Assembly (NCBI GenBank): GCA_963803975.1
Contig: CAWDOY010000036.1
Span: 12,161-76,160 of the forward strand
DNA: 64,000 nucleotides
Origin: an uncultured delta proteobacterium
GTDB lineage: Bacteria; Desulfobacterota; WTBG01; CAIYCZ01
Direction of reading: 5' to 3'
In this document: piece by piece, positions 40,882 to 51,773 of the stretch
How positions within the stretch are numbered: position 1 is the first letter of the stretch
Layout: the number at the start of each line of letters is the position of its first letter
Translations under genes and position numbers: made by a program
Notes under the pieces: generated by a model
The model's input: the letters and a program-made list of their open reading frames with translations, nothing else
Databases searched by the model: none
What the model was told of the DNA's origin: nothing

Positions 40882-42677
40882 GTGCCCTGTTGCGTCGCTT
40901 TTGAACCCCTTGGTATTCATGCTGATTGTGTCCGTGGGTCATTGCTCCATGAAGTTGCACGAAACACGGGTATTGCTCTTTTATCAGCATGCGGCGGTAA
41001 CGGCACCTGCGGGAACTGCAGAATGCAGATTGTTGAGGGAACGGTTTCTTCCCCGACCGCACAAGAATATGAAAAATTCGGCATACAAGAAATTGAACAG
41101 GGATATCGTCTGGCCTGTCAGACGCAGATCCTTGAAAATATCAGAGTATACCTGCCTCCCGCATCGCTTGCGATTGATCAAAGACTCTCCCTCGCCGGTC
41201 CGGACAGTGCCGCGCCTTTTGACCCCCTGGTGGAAGAAAAACACCTTATCATGCAGCCTCCCCCCGCTTATGACTATCAGACAGATTGGGAGCGGCTGGC
41301 TGAAGGGTTACAAGCTTCCTTCGGCATCAGCGCAGCAAATCCTGATCTGACCTTACTCCAGCGTCTTCCCGTGCTGCTCAGGGAAAATGGATGGTGCGCC
41401 AGAGTGAGTATCCGCAGGGAAGAGGTGATTGATGTCAGAGCCCCTCATCAAAGTCCTCTGGGTCTGGCTCTGGACATTGGCACCAGCAAGATAGCCGGAT
41501 ATCTGGTGGATATGGAAAGCGGCACCTCTATTGGCATGGAGGGAATCATAAACCCCCAAATTGCGTATGGTGAAGATGTGATACAGCGTATTTCTTATGC
41601 AATGGAACAGGGGGTGCAGCAATTACAAAAGGTGCTCGTAGCGGGGATAAACAATCTCATTGAAAAACTTTGTTCAAACCCACAGAGGATTGTTGAAACA
41701 ACCGTCGTGGGTAACACGGTTATACACCATCTGTTGCTCGGCTTGCCGGTAAAACAGCTTGGCATGGCTCCCTATACAGCTGCGGTACGCTGTGCGCTTG
41801 AAGTAAAGGCAAGGGATTTGAACATCTGCAGCGCTCCCGGAGCATATATTTACCTGTTGCCTGCTATAGCTGGTTTCATAGGGTCTGATCATGTTGCCAT
41901 GATACTGGCAACGAGAATCCATGATACGCCCAAAACTATACTGGGGATTGATATTGGAACAAATACTGAAATAGTCCTTGCCCATAGAGGTGCATTATGG
42001 AGCACCTCGTGTGCCTCCGGACCTGCGTTAGAAGGAGGACATATCACATGCGGTATGCGCTCTGTAACAGGGGCTATTGAAAAGGTACGGTTGCACGGCT
42101 CAGAAGTTATTTGTGAAACAGTTAATGGTGCCCGGGCGATTGGCATATGTGGTTCAGGTAGTATCGATGCTGTTGCAGAACTTTTCCGAACCGGTATCAT
42201 CAACAGCAGGGGGCAGCTCATGAGCGGACCGGGAGTCCGTCACAATGGAAAGGAAAAAGAATTTATTCTGGTTCCGGCTGGACAGAGAATGGTATTGGAA
42301 AGGATATAACGATTACTCAAAAAGATATCCATGCAATTCAGCTGGCCAAAGCGGCAGTCAGAACCGGCATTGAAGTACTTCTGAACAAGGCAAACATTAC
42401 TTCCGATGAGATTGATGAAGTGATTATAACCGGCGGATTCGGCACCTATATTGATCCTGCAAGCGCTATAGCAATAGGCATGTTTCCTCCTCTCCAACGT
42501 GAGAAGTATAAACAGGTGGGTAACGCAGCCGGAATTGGGGCCAGACTGGTACTTATATCTAAATCACAACGGTCTATTGCAGAACAAATCTCTTCAAGAG
42601 TTACGTATGTCGAATTGATGCAACACCCGGGTTTCAGCAAGAAATTTGCCAGAGCCATGTATATCCCGGGGCTATGA
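40882..42677 (+). CDS. ASKHA-type ATP-dependent corrinoid reductive activator (RACo/DUF4445) with N-terminal 2Fe-2S (frameshift near 42290)
   Basis: CGGNGTCGNC..RLACQ; ALDIGTS; GFIGSD; IDIGTNTE; GPALEG; GICGSG; TQKDI..IQLAK; GNAAG.GA. Confidence 0.93.
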
Positions 42678-42733
42678 CAGGCTCACATTTTCCAGGGTAA
42701 TTTATTATGTTTTATAACTCAAGAATACCAGCT

Positions 42734-43306
42734 TCACCGTAATGCTGCACCAAGCTTTTTCCCTGCATCTTCTGCCCGTTTCATAACCTCAGGCATATCG
42801 TACACGTCGTTCATCCCCACTGGTTCAGCCAATGCTGCAACGATCTTCATTTTATGACAGTAATCAAGAAACACCTTGAGCGTTTCAATGGTCCGCTCAT
42901 GACCTGCGCCCGCAACCGTGGTTATTGCGACTGCCGGTTTCCCGGTAAAAGGTCGTTTCCCCAGCACCTCGATTTCCGCATCAGGGCCGATACCCCGGTA
43001 GTAGAGGGCCATATTACGGTCGATGAAGCATTTCATTGCTCCTGAGACATCCAGGAAGTAGGTGGGTGCGCCGACAATCAGGGCATCAGCCTGCATCAGC
43101 TTTTCATATATCTCCTGCATGGCATCCTGAATGATGCATATACCGTCATTCATCATGCAGTTAGCACAGCCGGTGCACGGCTTGATTTCATTTTGGGCAA
43201 GATATATGAGCTCGTATTCACATCCGGATGCCTCGGCAACTTTCTTTACCAGCTTGTTGGTATTACTTTCATCGCGATAACTGCCGCAAATACCCAGTAC
43301 TTTCAT
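42734..43306 (-). CDS. Iron-sulfur flavoprotein / NADPH-dependent FMN reductase family
   Basis: GICGS.R..SNT; IKPCTGCANC......C; ADALIVGAPTY; MKCFIDR. Confidence 0.92.
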   Translation of the reverse strand: MKVLGICGSYRDESNTNKLVKKVAEASGCEYELIYLAQNEIKPCTGCANCMMNDGICIIQDAMQEIYEKLMQADALIVGAPTYFLDVSGAMKCFIDRNMALYYRGIGPDAEIEVLGKRPFTGKPAVAITTVAGAGHERTIETLKVFLDYCHKMKIVAALAEPVGMNDVYDMPEVMKRAEDAGKKLGAALR

Positions 43307-43633
43307 AACGCCTCCTGATTACTATGATATAGTCCCTTAATTGTTTTAGCCACGGAACCACACAGATTTTCACAGAGAGAGATTTTTAACATCAGTGTTA
43401 TTCTGCCGTTCGGCCAGCCTTTCGGCAACGAGCTTTCTTCGGGTCTGAGTCTCAGCGTCGAAGACAAGGCCGAATTGCTCACGGCGAGGGGTGCTTTCTG
43501 TGGCCATAAAATCCGTTATGGTAAACGGTAGTATATGAAAGATGGTGTGTCAAGCGCAACAGAATTATGTTGTAAATTGACTATAAAATATATTTTAAGT
43601 ATAGTTTGTGACGCTGGTTAAAAGTTAACCTCA

Positions 43634-45974
43634 TTGAGTATCGTCTGCATGAGCTCCTGGCTCTTCTCTTTAATCCTGACTGCTGGTCGGCGCCTATTCT
43701 ATGGCTGCCCAGATCTTTTTTATCAGAGAACTGCTGGTGCAATTTTTCGGCAGCGAGCTGTGCCTCGGGCTTATATTTTTCTGCTGGTTTCTGGGCATCG
43801 CCGGCGGGGCATGGGTTGCCGGCAGGTTCTGTAAAAAGCTGGAGCATCCCTTGCGGGTCTTCCTGCCATACCTTGTTATTCTCACCATTACCCCGTTCAT
43901 AGTGATCCCTCTCATGAGAGGGCTGCGAAGCATGATGATGGTAGCGCCCGGGGAATATATATCCTTAATCAAGATGATTGCGGGTGTTGGTCTGACGGTG
44001 TGCCCCTTCAGCTTCTTAATCGGGATTCTATTTCCAATCGCATGCAGGGCAGCAGAGCGGCAGGAAGCAGGTTCGGCTGCTGTCGGGCTGGTGTATGTGT
44101 GGGAATCTGTCGGCAGCCTTCTTGGCGGAGTGATTATCTCTTTGGTGGTGATACCGGCATACCGTCCGCTCACGGTATTCGGTTCAATTGCCGGTATTAT
44201 CTGGGCAGCCTCGTTCTGGTTCTTTTTAAAACAATACGAAGATCGTCTGTCAAAAACTCTAATCTCATTATTACTGGTGTTGTCAGTAAGCATGCTAATG
44301 TTGCTGTCCGCAGGAACAATCGCAACATTTGATGACTATTTAGTCAGGCTGCGCTGGAATACATTTAATAACCGGATGAAGATGCTTGTTTCCCGCGATT
44401 CCCGTTATCAGAATTTAATACTGGCTGAGGCAGGTAATCAATATGGTGTTTTTGCTGACGGCCAATTGACCGGCAGTTATCCGGAGGAGTATCAGGCAGC
44501 ACAAAAGGCGCATCTGTTCATGTGTCAGCACCCTGCTCCAAAGAAGGTACTGCTAATCAATGATGGCTTAACCGGACTTGTGAGAAAAATCCTGCAACAT
44601 AACGTAAAAACTGTTGATTATATTGAGATTGATACAGAGATGGTCAGTTTGGTCATGCCGATTCTCGCAGTCAAAGACAAGAAAGCACTGGCAGATAAAC
44701 GGGTGAATATTATTTATAAAGACGGCAGACAATTTGTAAAAGGCATACAGGGAACATATGACCTGATAATGGTAAACACCCCCGAACCGACAACAGCAGC
44801 CCTGAACAGGTTTTATACCGTTGACTTTTTTCAGGGAAGTTAAAAATGCCCTGACTGAAAACGGGGTCATGGTAATCGGTCTGTCAGCGTCATCAAATTA
44901 TCTGGGAGGCATAATCTCACATTATGCCGCTTTCCTGTATGATGGATTGAAAAATGTATTTCCCTATACCCTGGTTATTCCGCAGGAGGATAAAAGTTAT
45001 TTCTTTGCAGCAACAAAACCTGATCTCTTAACATTGGATTACCGGATGCTTCAAAGACGCTATCAGGAGCGCGGCATTCAGTCTGCAAGTATTTCCTGCA
45101 GAACTCTTTAGCCTGCTGGTACAGAAAGAAAGAATTGCATCGATGACGAGCGCTCTCAACAGAAATACCAACGCTCCCGTTAATACGGATATGCAGCCCA
45201 TAACCTATTTTTACCAGCTTCTGCTGTGGGAACTATTTACCGGAGGGCAAACAGAAGCAGCTATTTTCCAGGCTGTTGCGCGGTATATAGTATTCTTCAT
45301 AGCAGCAGTGCTGGTAATTTTTTGCCTGGCGCGCAGCCTGCAAATATATGCCGCAACAGGAAAGAGCGTCAGGCATTTTAATTGCCTCTGGGCAATCGGT
45401 ACCACGGGATGCACCGGCATGGCCCTTGAGCTGGTCCTTATTTTTATGTTTCAAAATATGTACGGGTATATTTGCCAGATGATCGGCATTATAGCAGGCT
45501 CATTTATGTTTGGCCTGACCGCAGGCGGATACTCCATCAAGAGGCTGATAGCTTCCGGGAGGCCCTGCGGCACCAAAACGCTGTTGGCCTGTGAAATTGC
45601 GCTGTGCCTGTACGCCGGCCGCTGCCTTTTTCTTTATCAGGATTGAATATGCTCAAAGGAGCACTGCAGTTTCTTTGTTATTGATGTTACTGCCTGCAGT
45701 TTTATGATATTAGTATTTATAGCCGGTTTTATCGCCGGGCTCTGAATTTCCGCTTGTGAGCCATATCCTTATTTCTCATAACAATGATAATATTGGCACA
45801 GCAGCAGGGCGGGTAGATGCAGTAGACCATTTGGGTGCATGTGCAGGGTCGCTGTTAACCGGAGCGCTGCTGGTGCCGCTTGCAGGTGTTTATCAGGCCT
45901 GCTTTATAATGGGCCTTCTCAATGCATCCAGCGTTTTGTTTATCGTGCTGCAGATAAGGATGGATAAAAATTAG
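43634..45974 (+). CDS. Membrane-fused spermidine-synthase-like SAM-dependent methyltransferase (frameshifted; start approximate)
   Basis: TM block with GSLLGG; SRYQ; PKKVLLI..G; IEIDTEMV; DGRQFV; YDLI; NRFYT.DFF; NTDMQP; C-terminal TM block with DHLGAC.G. Confidence 0.85.
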
Positions 45975-46032
45975 AATACATTGTATTTTTAAAAGGATAC
46001 TATCTGTATCGTAATAAATTAATTTAAATCAG

Positions 46033-47964
46033 ATGGAGGCGACTGTGTACGGATGGGCAGGAAAAATAGTGCGTGTGGATCTTAATGAAAAAAGAGTTTC
46101 AACCACTGACATTGAACAATACTGCGAAGATTTTATCGGCGGAATCGGCATTGCGGAAAAGATTTACTCGGACGAGGGGCATCCGGATAAGGATGCATTT
46201 CACCTTGATAACCCCCTCATCTTCATGACTGGTTCCCTGGCTGCAACAGCCGCACCTGCTGCCCCGCGCTGGATTGTCTGCGGCAAATCATCGCTCATGT
46301 ATCCCGAGACATTTTACAGCGGCAGCATGTCCGGTTTCTTCGGCGCAGAGCTTAAAATGGCAGGGTTTGACGGCATCGTCGTCAAAGGAAAAGCAGAAAG
46401 TCCTGTTTATATAAGCATACACGATGAAAAGGTTGAGATAAAGGACGCACGCCATCTCCGGGGCACTACTAACAGCAAAGTTCAGGACGCTGTACGGAAC
46501 GCGGAAGGAGATACGGCAAAGCTGCTCAGCATCGGCCCGGGCGCGGAAAACGGCTCCCGCATCGGGACCATCCTGACCGAGGTTGCAGGGAGCGGCTCCC
46601 GCGGGTTTGGCTCAGTGATGGGCGCAAAAAACCTGAAGGCAATAGCTGTGGCAGGAACAGGGAAGATACCGGTGGCGGATGCGGCGGCAATACAGCGCAT
46701 ACGCACCAGGATAAAAGAGATGACCGGTCCCGGCTACTTTAATCTTTATGGAAACCCTATTACGCTTCCCGGCTCGACCGTGGTTAAAAAAGTCCATTGC
46801 CACGGCTGCCCCATGGGATGCTGGCGGACGCTGCACAAAAGCCCGGCGGGCAATGAAGGCATTCGCAAGTGCCAGACGCCGCTGTTTTACAGCCTGTGGG
46901 ACCGGAAGCTGCACAAGGAAGTGACCGAGGCAAGCTTTATTGCTACCACCATGGCAAACGACTATTCTTTCTGCGTTCTGGAAATAGTTTTTCTGCTGCT
47001 ATGGCTTGAGAAGTGCCATGAGCAGGGCATTCTCACCGAGCAGGAGACAGAACTGCCCATGAGTACGATGGGGAGCCTCGAATTTCTTGAAACGTTTTTT
47101 AAGAAAATAACAAAACGGGAAGGATTTGGAGCAGTCCTTGCCGAGGGAGTTGCACGGGCAGCGCAACAGGTCGGCAAAGCATCAGAAGAGATTGCGGCCT
47201 CGCAGCGCGCTTTTCCCTATGGCCCCAAGACATTCACCCAGTCCGCGCTTCTGTACGCAGTTGAGCAACGGCCCATGGTAACGGAGCTTCATGAAGTGTG
47301 CGAGCCGCTTACTAAATGGGCGCTATGGTATCTGTCCAATGGAGAAAAATCATATGTGTCCACTGAGGTCCTGAGAAAGATAGGCAGTCGCTTCTGGGGA
47401 AGCGAGAAGGCGGTTGATTTTTCAACGTATGAGGGGAAAGCCCTTTCAGCAATAAAAATACAGAACCGCGAATATGCCAAGGAGTCGCTGATACTGTGTG
47501 ATTTTGTCTGGCCGGTGTTTGATGATGCAGGCTCCGGGGATCATGTGGGTGCCCCGATGCTTGAGAGCCAGCTGCTATCAGCGGTGACAGGGCAAGAGGT
47601 GAGCGAGGCAGAATTGGATACGCTGGGAGAGCGAATCTTTAACCTCAACCGGGCCATTATCCTGCGGGAAGGAAGGAAGGGCAGGGAGGATGACTGTTTG
47701 CCCAAAACGCAGTTCATTGAGCGGGTAGAGCCTATTGCCGACGTATTCGGCATGCATAACCCGGAACTGCTGCTTCCCGGAGCAGGGGATGAGATCATCT
47801 CGCGCAAGGGAAAAGCGCTGGACAAAGAGAAATTCGAGCAGCTGCTTGATGAGTATTATGAGCTGCGGGGATGGGACAGGGCCACCGGTTTCTTGACAAA
47901 GAAAAAACTGGAGGAACTCGGCCTGTCCTGGGTGATTGAAGGGCTTAAGGAAAAGGTAGTATAA
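46033..47964 (+). CDS. Aldehyde:ferredoxin oxidoreductase family (W/Mo-pterin)
   Basis: YGWAGKIVRVDL, GAELKMAGFDGI, SIGPGAEN, GSVMGAKNLKAI, CHGCPMGC, LAEG, EYYELRGWD. Confidence 0.95.
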   Translation: MEATVYGWAGKIVRVDLNEKRVSTTDIEQYCEDFIGGIGIAEKIYSDEGHPDKDAFHLDNPLIFMTGSLAATAAPAAPRWIVCGKSSLMYPETFYSGSMSGFFGAELKMAGFDGIVVKGKAESPVYISIHDEKVEIKDARHLRGTTNSKVQDAVRNAEGDTAKLLSIGPGAENGSRIGTILTEVAGSGSRGFGSVMGAKNLKAIAVAGTGKIPVADAAAIQRIRTRIKEMTGPGYFNLYGNPITLPGSTVVKKVHCHGCPMGCWRTLHKSPAGNEGIRKCQTPLFYSLWDRKLHKEVTEASFIATTMANDYSFCVLEIVFLLLWLEKCHEQGILTEQETELPMSTMGSLEFLETFFKKITKREGFGAVLAEGVARAAQQVGKASEEIAASQRAFPYGPKTFTQSALLYAVEQRPMVTELHEVCEPLTKWALWYLSNGEKSYVSTEVLRKIGSRFWGSEKAVDFSTYEGKALSAIKIQNREYAKESLILCDFVWPVFDDAGSGDHVGAPMLESQLLSAVTGQEVSEAELDTLGERIFNLNRAIILREGRKGREDDCLPKTQFIERVEPIADVFGMHNPELLLPGAGDEIISRKGKALDKEKFEQLLDEYYELRGWDRATGFLTKKKLEELGLSWVIEGLKEKVV

Positions 47965-48285
47965 GGTGACGAGGGAAAGAGGTAAATAGGTTTAACCTTT
48001 TAACCTCTTGGCCTTTACTGGTCACGAGTCATCCATCCTCCGCAGTTCACACTCCGCTCGCCTTCAGAAGTAAGCCTGGTGCAGAGTGAAGATCGGGTTT
48101 TGCTGGGCGAGGCTACGAAGGACGGGCTGGCCCCGACCCCCGCGCTCTCGTAATGACAGCAATGGAAATTTTGGGAAGAGTCCTGATGATATTGCTATTG
48201 ACAGGAATGAGTTAGTGTTTCATATACATATAATTTTCTAACACAATAATTCGCGATATTAGTACACACTTATTACAGAACTTCG

Positions 48286-48540
48286 GTGCCTATGAAACAA
48301 CCAGCGAAGATGTACATCTATCCAAAATGGTCTCATGAAAATCAAACAGCGGTGCTGTTCTGCTCAATAATCGGCTTTGTTTTCGCGGTCTGCGGTGCTG
48401 CTCTGCTCCATTACAAGCTGAGGGCAGCGGGGATCGTCACCTGGCATATCGGCCTGTTTGCGGTGCTGGTATACGCAGCATATTATATCCGGGGATTATA
48501 TCAGAAATACATGGATTGCGCGTGGGATGTGTATTATTGA
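48286..48540 (+). CDS. Small membrane protein
   Basis: Two TM segments; followed by a terminator. Confidence 0.5.
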   Translation: MPMKQPAKMYIYPKWSHENQTAVLFCSIIGFVFAVCGAALLHYKLRAAGIVTWHIGLFAVLVYAAYYIRGLYQKYMDCAWDVYY

Positions 48541-48582
48541 TACGCTATAGCGCTTGAGCAGCGTGACAGTGCGAACACTAAC

Positions 48583-48617
48583 AAAGGCAGTGCTTAATAA
48601 ACGGGCACTGCCTTTTC
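48583..48617. terminator. Terminator between convergent genes
   Basis: AAAGGCAGTGCT...GGCACTGCCTTTT. Confidence 0.75.
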
Positions 48618-48656
48618 TGTTGATCTTAATGCATACGCGCGCTGTGAGAGGATGGT

Positions 48657-49547
48657 TTATTCCTGCTCCCCTGTGCGGTTGAAGGAGAAATGAGGGCCAT
48701 GGGCAGCCCTGTCATATTCGACGGCTGCCAGACCATCTCCTTTCAGCTCGAACACAATCCGCTCCGGGTTAATCGGCTCCCCGTTTTTATGCGTCACTGT
48801 TACTGCTAATAGATTTATTTCCATAGACCAGACGCCAGTCTGTTTTACAATCCCCTTCGAGTATCTGGAAAGTAACTCCACGGAATTATTACGCAGCACG
48901 TGCAGGGTCTCTTCAACTTTGCCGCCCGCGCCAATGAAACTTCGCGTGTAGGTGCCGATGTACAAACGGGAATCAGCGTGTGAAGGGGATACCATGGGAT
49001 CATGGTCAGCACGGGCAGCGCGCTCACCGCCAGCCGCTGCTACAAGGACACGGACATTCCTTGCATAGCCATGGGTTACAACAAAGGAAGGAGATGTATT
49101 ACAATACGCCGGTTCGCCATTGCGCATGATGCGCGCCTGAACCGTGTAATGATGGACCGGGTTAATCCTGGCCGGGTCATAGGTAAGCTTGAATGGTATT
49201 GGTATGTTACGGACCGATGTAATTTGCTGGTACGCAATAACCGCGGCAGAGCTGCGGGAAGAAAAGTCAAGCAGCTGCACCTCAATTACATCATTTGGAT
49301 GCAAGGGCAGGGCCTGCAGGCAATCAACCGTTCCCGTGACAGTGACGGTTATTACCGGCGGAGACTCCGGCGATTTTTGTGAGGGCCTGCCGGTAAGCAG
49401 GCCGGTATTTTCTTCACCGGTCCGGTACTTCCACAGGTCAATCATGAAGTCGGTGCCGAGCTCGCCGGGGAAAATATCGTGAGGCAGCATCAGGCCCAGT
49501 GCCGCAGTAATGGACAGGACAAGCCGCTTGAAGTCTTTATTGATCAT
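48657..49547 (-). CDS. YbaY-family domain protein with C-terminal NlpE/lipocalin-like region
   Basis: VTGTV...ALP.....IEVQLLD.S....A.VIA; PIPFKLTYDPARI; YTVQARI. Confidence 0.75.
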   Translation of the reverse strand: MINKDFKRLVLSITAALGLMLPHDIFPGELGTDFMIDLWKYRTGEENTGLLTGRPSQKSPESPPVITVTVTGTVDCLQALPLHPNDVIEVQLLDFSSRSSAAVIAYQQITSVRNIPIPFKLTYDPARINPVHHYTVQARIMRNGEPAYCNTSPSFVVTHGYARNVRVLVAAAGGERAARADHDPMVSPSHADSRLYIGTYTRSFIGAGGKVEETLHVLRNNSVELLSRYSKGIVKQTGVWSMEINLLAVTVTHKNGEPINPERIVFELKGDGLAAVEYDRAAHGPHFSFNRTGEQE

Positions 49548-49655
49548 GTCAGGAATACAGGAATACTACCGCACCGTCTCAATACAGCGATGAAACAGCT
49601 GCGCTGGTTGTTAATGTTAATTTGACCATTTGCCTCAGGCGTTATCCCGGAACAC

Positions 49656-50354
49656 TTACAAAGCTCCGCCTGTCTCGTCCAAAACCTTCTCAAGTCCGTA
49701 GCGGGCGAGTTCATCAGCCGTAAGCCAGCGCGCGCCCATGGTAAAGAATTCTTTGGCATTAAGAAGATTATCGCTCAGCGCCTGCTGGGTTTTATCAAAT
49801 GTTGCCTCCCACACGGGGATACCCTGTTCAACGTTCAGCAGGTACAGGGTAAAAGCGACTGAGGCAGGACTGGCGGAGGCCTGGGCAGTGCCGACTCGCT
49901 CCTTGTATCTCCAGACAATGCCGACCATCACATGGTCGGCTCTTCAGCGTTCTGCCCAGTGCGACTGGCCAGTGACTGCGGGGTGTCAGTAGCGGGATTT
50001 TTGGTAACCCGTCATATGCAGCCTGAGCCGTCGGAACAGGAACCAGTGCATCAGCGTATCTCTTTTGCATGGCATCCTGCAGAAAGCCGGTCATAAGCTC
50101 GTCGGCATTGCCTTTGACCTCCTTGATGTTAAAGCACAGATTGGAAATGGTGCAGTAGAGCAGCGGTTCATGGGATCGCCCAGGCTGCTGTCATGCAGGC
50201 CCCTGACAAAAGGCATCAGCGCGATTCGCTGGACTTTTACTGCAGAAAGCCCGCTGCGCGCTTTAACGGTTTCCGGTTTTGACAGGCAGCCCGCCAGTAC
50301 GAAGGTAAGGGACATGGCCACGTATAGCGCCCGCTGTAATCGCACCCGTATCAT
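49656..50354 (-). CDS. Putative lipoprotein (frameshifted)
   Basis: Lipobox LAGC; RIALMPF; WRYKERVG...SPASVAF; TQQALSDNLL. Confidence 0.7.
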
Positions 50355-50621
50355 AACAATGAGCTCCTTATAATTCTTTTTACATGCAGCAGAACTGGAT
50401 ATCCATGATGGTTATATTTTTTGTCAAAACATTCTCGTAACATGTCTTACATAAAAGTCAATGATATTAACTGAACGGTGTGATAAGGTTATTTACGTTT
50501 AATGCTCTGCAGGAGAAGCTGCATGCAAAACGCGCCCGGCTGAAGGTATGCAAAACGTCATAACAAGCGGGCAGGGTCATGGGCGCCGACTTTTTAACGG
50601 ATAACTCGAGTTCACAGGCGT

Positions 50622-51773
50622 ATGAAGCGTATAAAAATAACGGTATTTTACAGCAGGGGGGGTGGCGGTCATCTTTCAGCATCTGCGGCAATCACCGGCT
50701 ATTTAAACGGCCGCTACGACATCACCGCGGTCAACCCTTTCGATGACATTCTGGCGCGTCTCGACCCGATGCGGAAGCTGAGCTGCAACCGGTTGAGCGG
50801 CGAAGATACGTACAACTTCCTCATCCGGCATGGATGGTACCAGCTGATCAATATCTACGCATGCAGATTCGGGGCTTCATACATCACTGCGGCTGCGCCG
50901 CGAATCAGGAGACGGGTGCGCGCATACCTTCAGCGCGAAAAGCCGGACCTAATTATATCGCTCATCCCTTTTATAAACGCGCCCCTTGCCGATGCCGCGC
51001 AGGATCTCGGCATTCCGTTTGTGATCCTGCCCATTGATCTTGACCCGGAAACATATTTGTGCGGCATGAACGGTTCATCGCACGACCACATCTTTTTTGC
51101 CATCCCCTGCGATAGAGAAGAAATAAGGGCAAAAATTACTTCAGCGGGACTGCCGCAGGAGAACATTCGCGTTACCGGTTATCCGGTACGTCCGGCATTT
51201 CTCGCGAACGCTGAACCGGAAAAAATCAAAAAATCACTCGGCATCTCTTGCGACCGGCCAGTAATTTTCCTGCTGATGGGTGCCAGCGGCGCGAAGAGAG
51301 CTGTAAGTTTTACGCAAATGATTGACAGGATCAACCAGCCCGTGAACCTGCTGATCGGCACTGGCCGCAACAAAGAGCTGCAGGACCGGTTTGCAGGTTT
51401 GCCGTCCGTACCGCATGTACAACGACATGTCATAGGGCACACGGAGAGAATAGATGAATTGATGGCAGCAGCCGACCTGCTTGTCACCAAGTCGGGACCG
51501 GGCACGATCTTCGAGGCAATACACAGCGATCTGCCGATGGTGGTGGATGCCACGACGTCGGTCATTCGCTGGGAAAAAATGAATATATCTTTTGTCGAAG
51601 AGCATGAGCTCGGCGTGGTGCTGCGGCGCGTGGAGGACCTGCCGGAGGTTATTTGCCGGCATATGAGCGATGATACGTATCGCGCCGGTATCCGGAGAAA
51701 TTTTGCGGCGCTCGATAAGCGCCTGTTCGCAGAGGAGTTTCCGGCCCTGGTTAAAGAGCTTACGGGGGCTTAA
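50622..51773 (+). CDS. MGDG synthase/UgtP-family glycosyltransferase (GT28)
   Basis: GGGGHLSA, TGYPVRPAF, TGRNKEL, MAAADLLVTKSGPGTIFEA. Confidence 0.92.
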   Translation: MKRIKITVFYSRGGGGHLSASAAITGYLNGRYDITAVNPFDDILARLDPMRKLSCNRLSGEDTYNFLIRHGWYQLINIYACRFGASYITAAAPRIRRRVRAYLQREKPDLIISLIPFINAPLADAAQDLGIPFVILPIDLDPETYLCGMNGSSHDHIFFAIPCDREEIRAKITSAGLPQENIRVTGYPVRPAFLANAEPEKIKKSLGISCDRPVIFLLMGASGAKRAVSFTQMIDRINQPVNLLIGTGRNKELQDRFAGLPSVPHVQRHVIGHTERIDELMAAADLLVTKSGPGTIFEAIHSDLPMVVDATTSVIRWEKMNISFVEEHELGVVLRRVEDLPEVICRHMSDDTYRAGIRRNFAALDKRLFAEEFPALVKELTGA

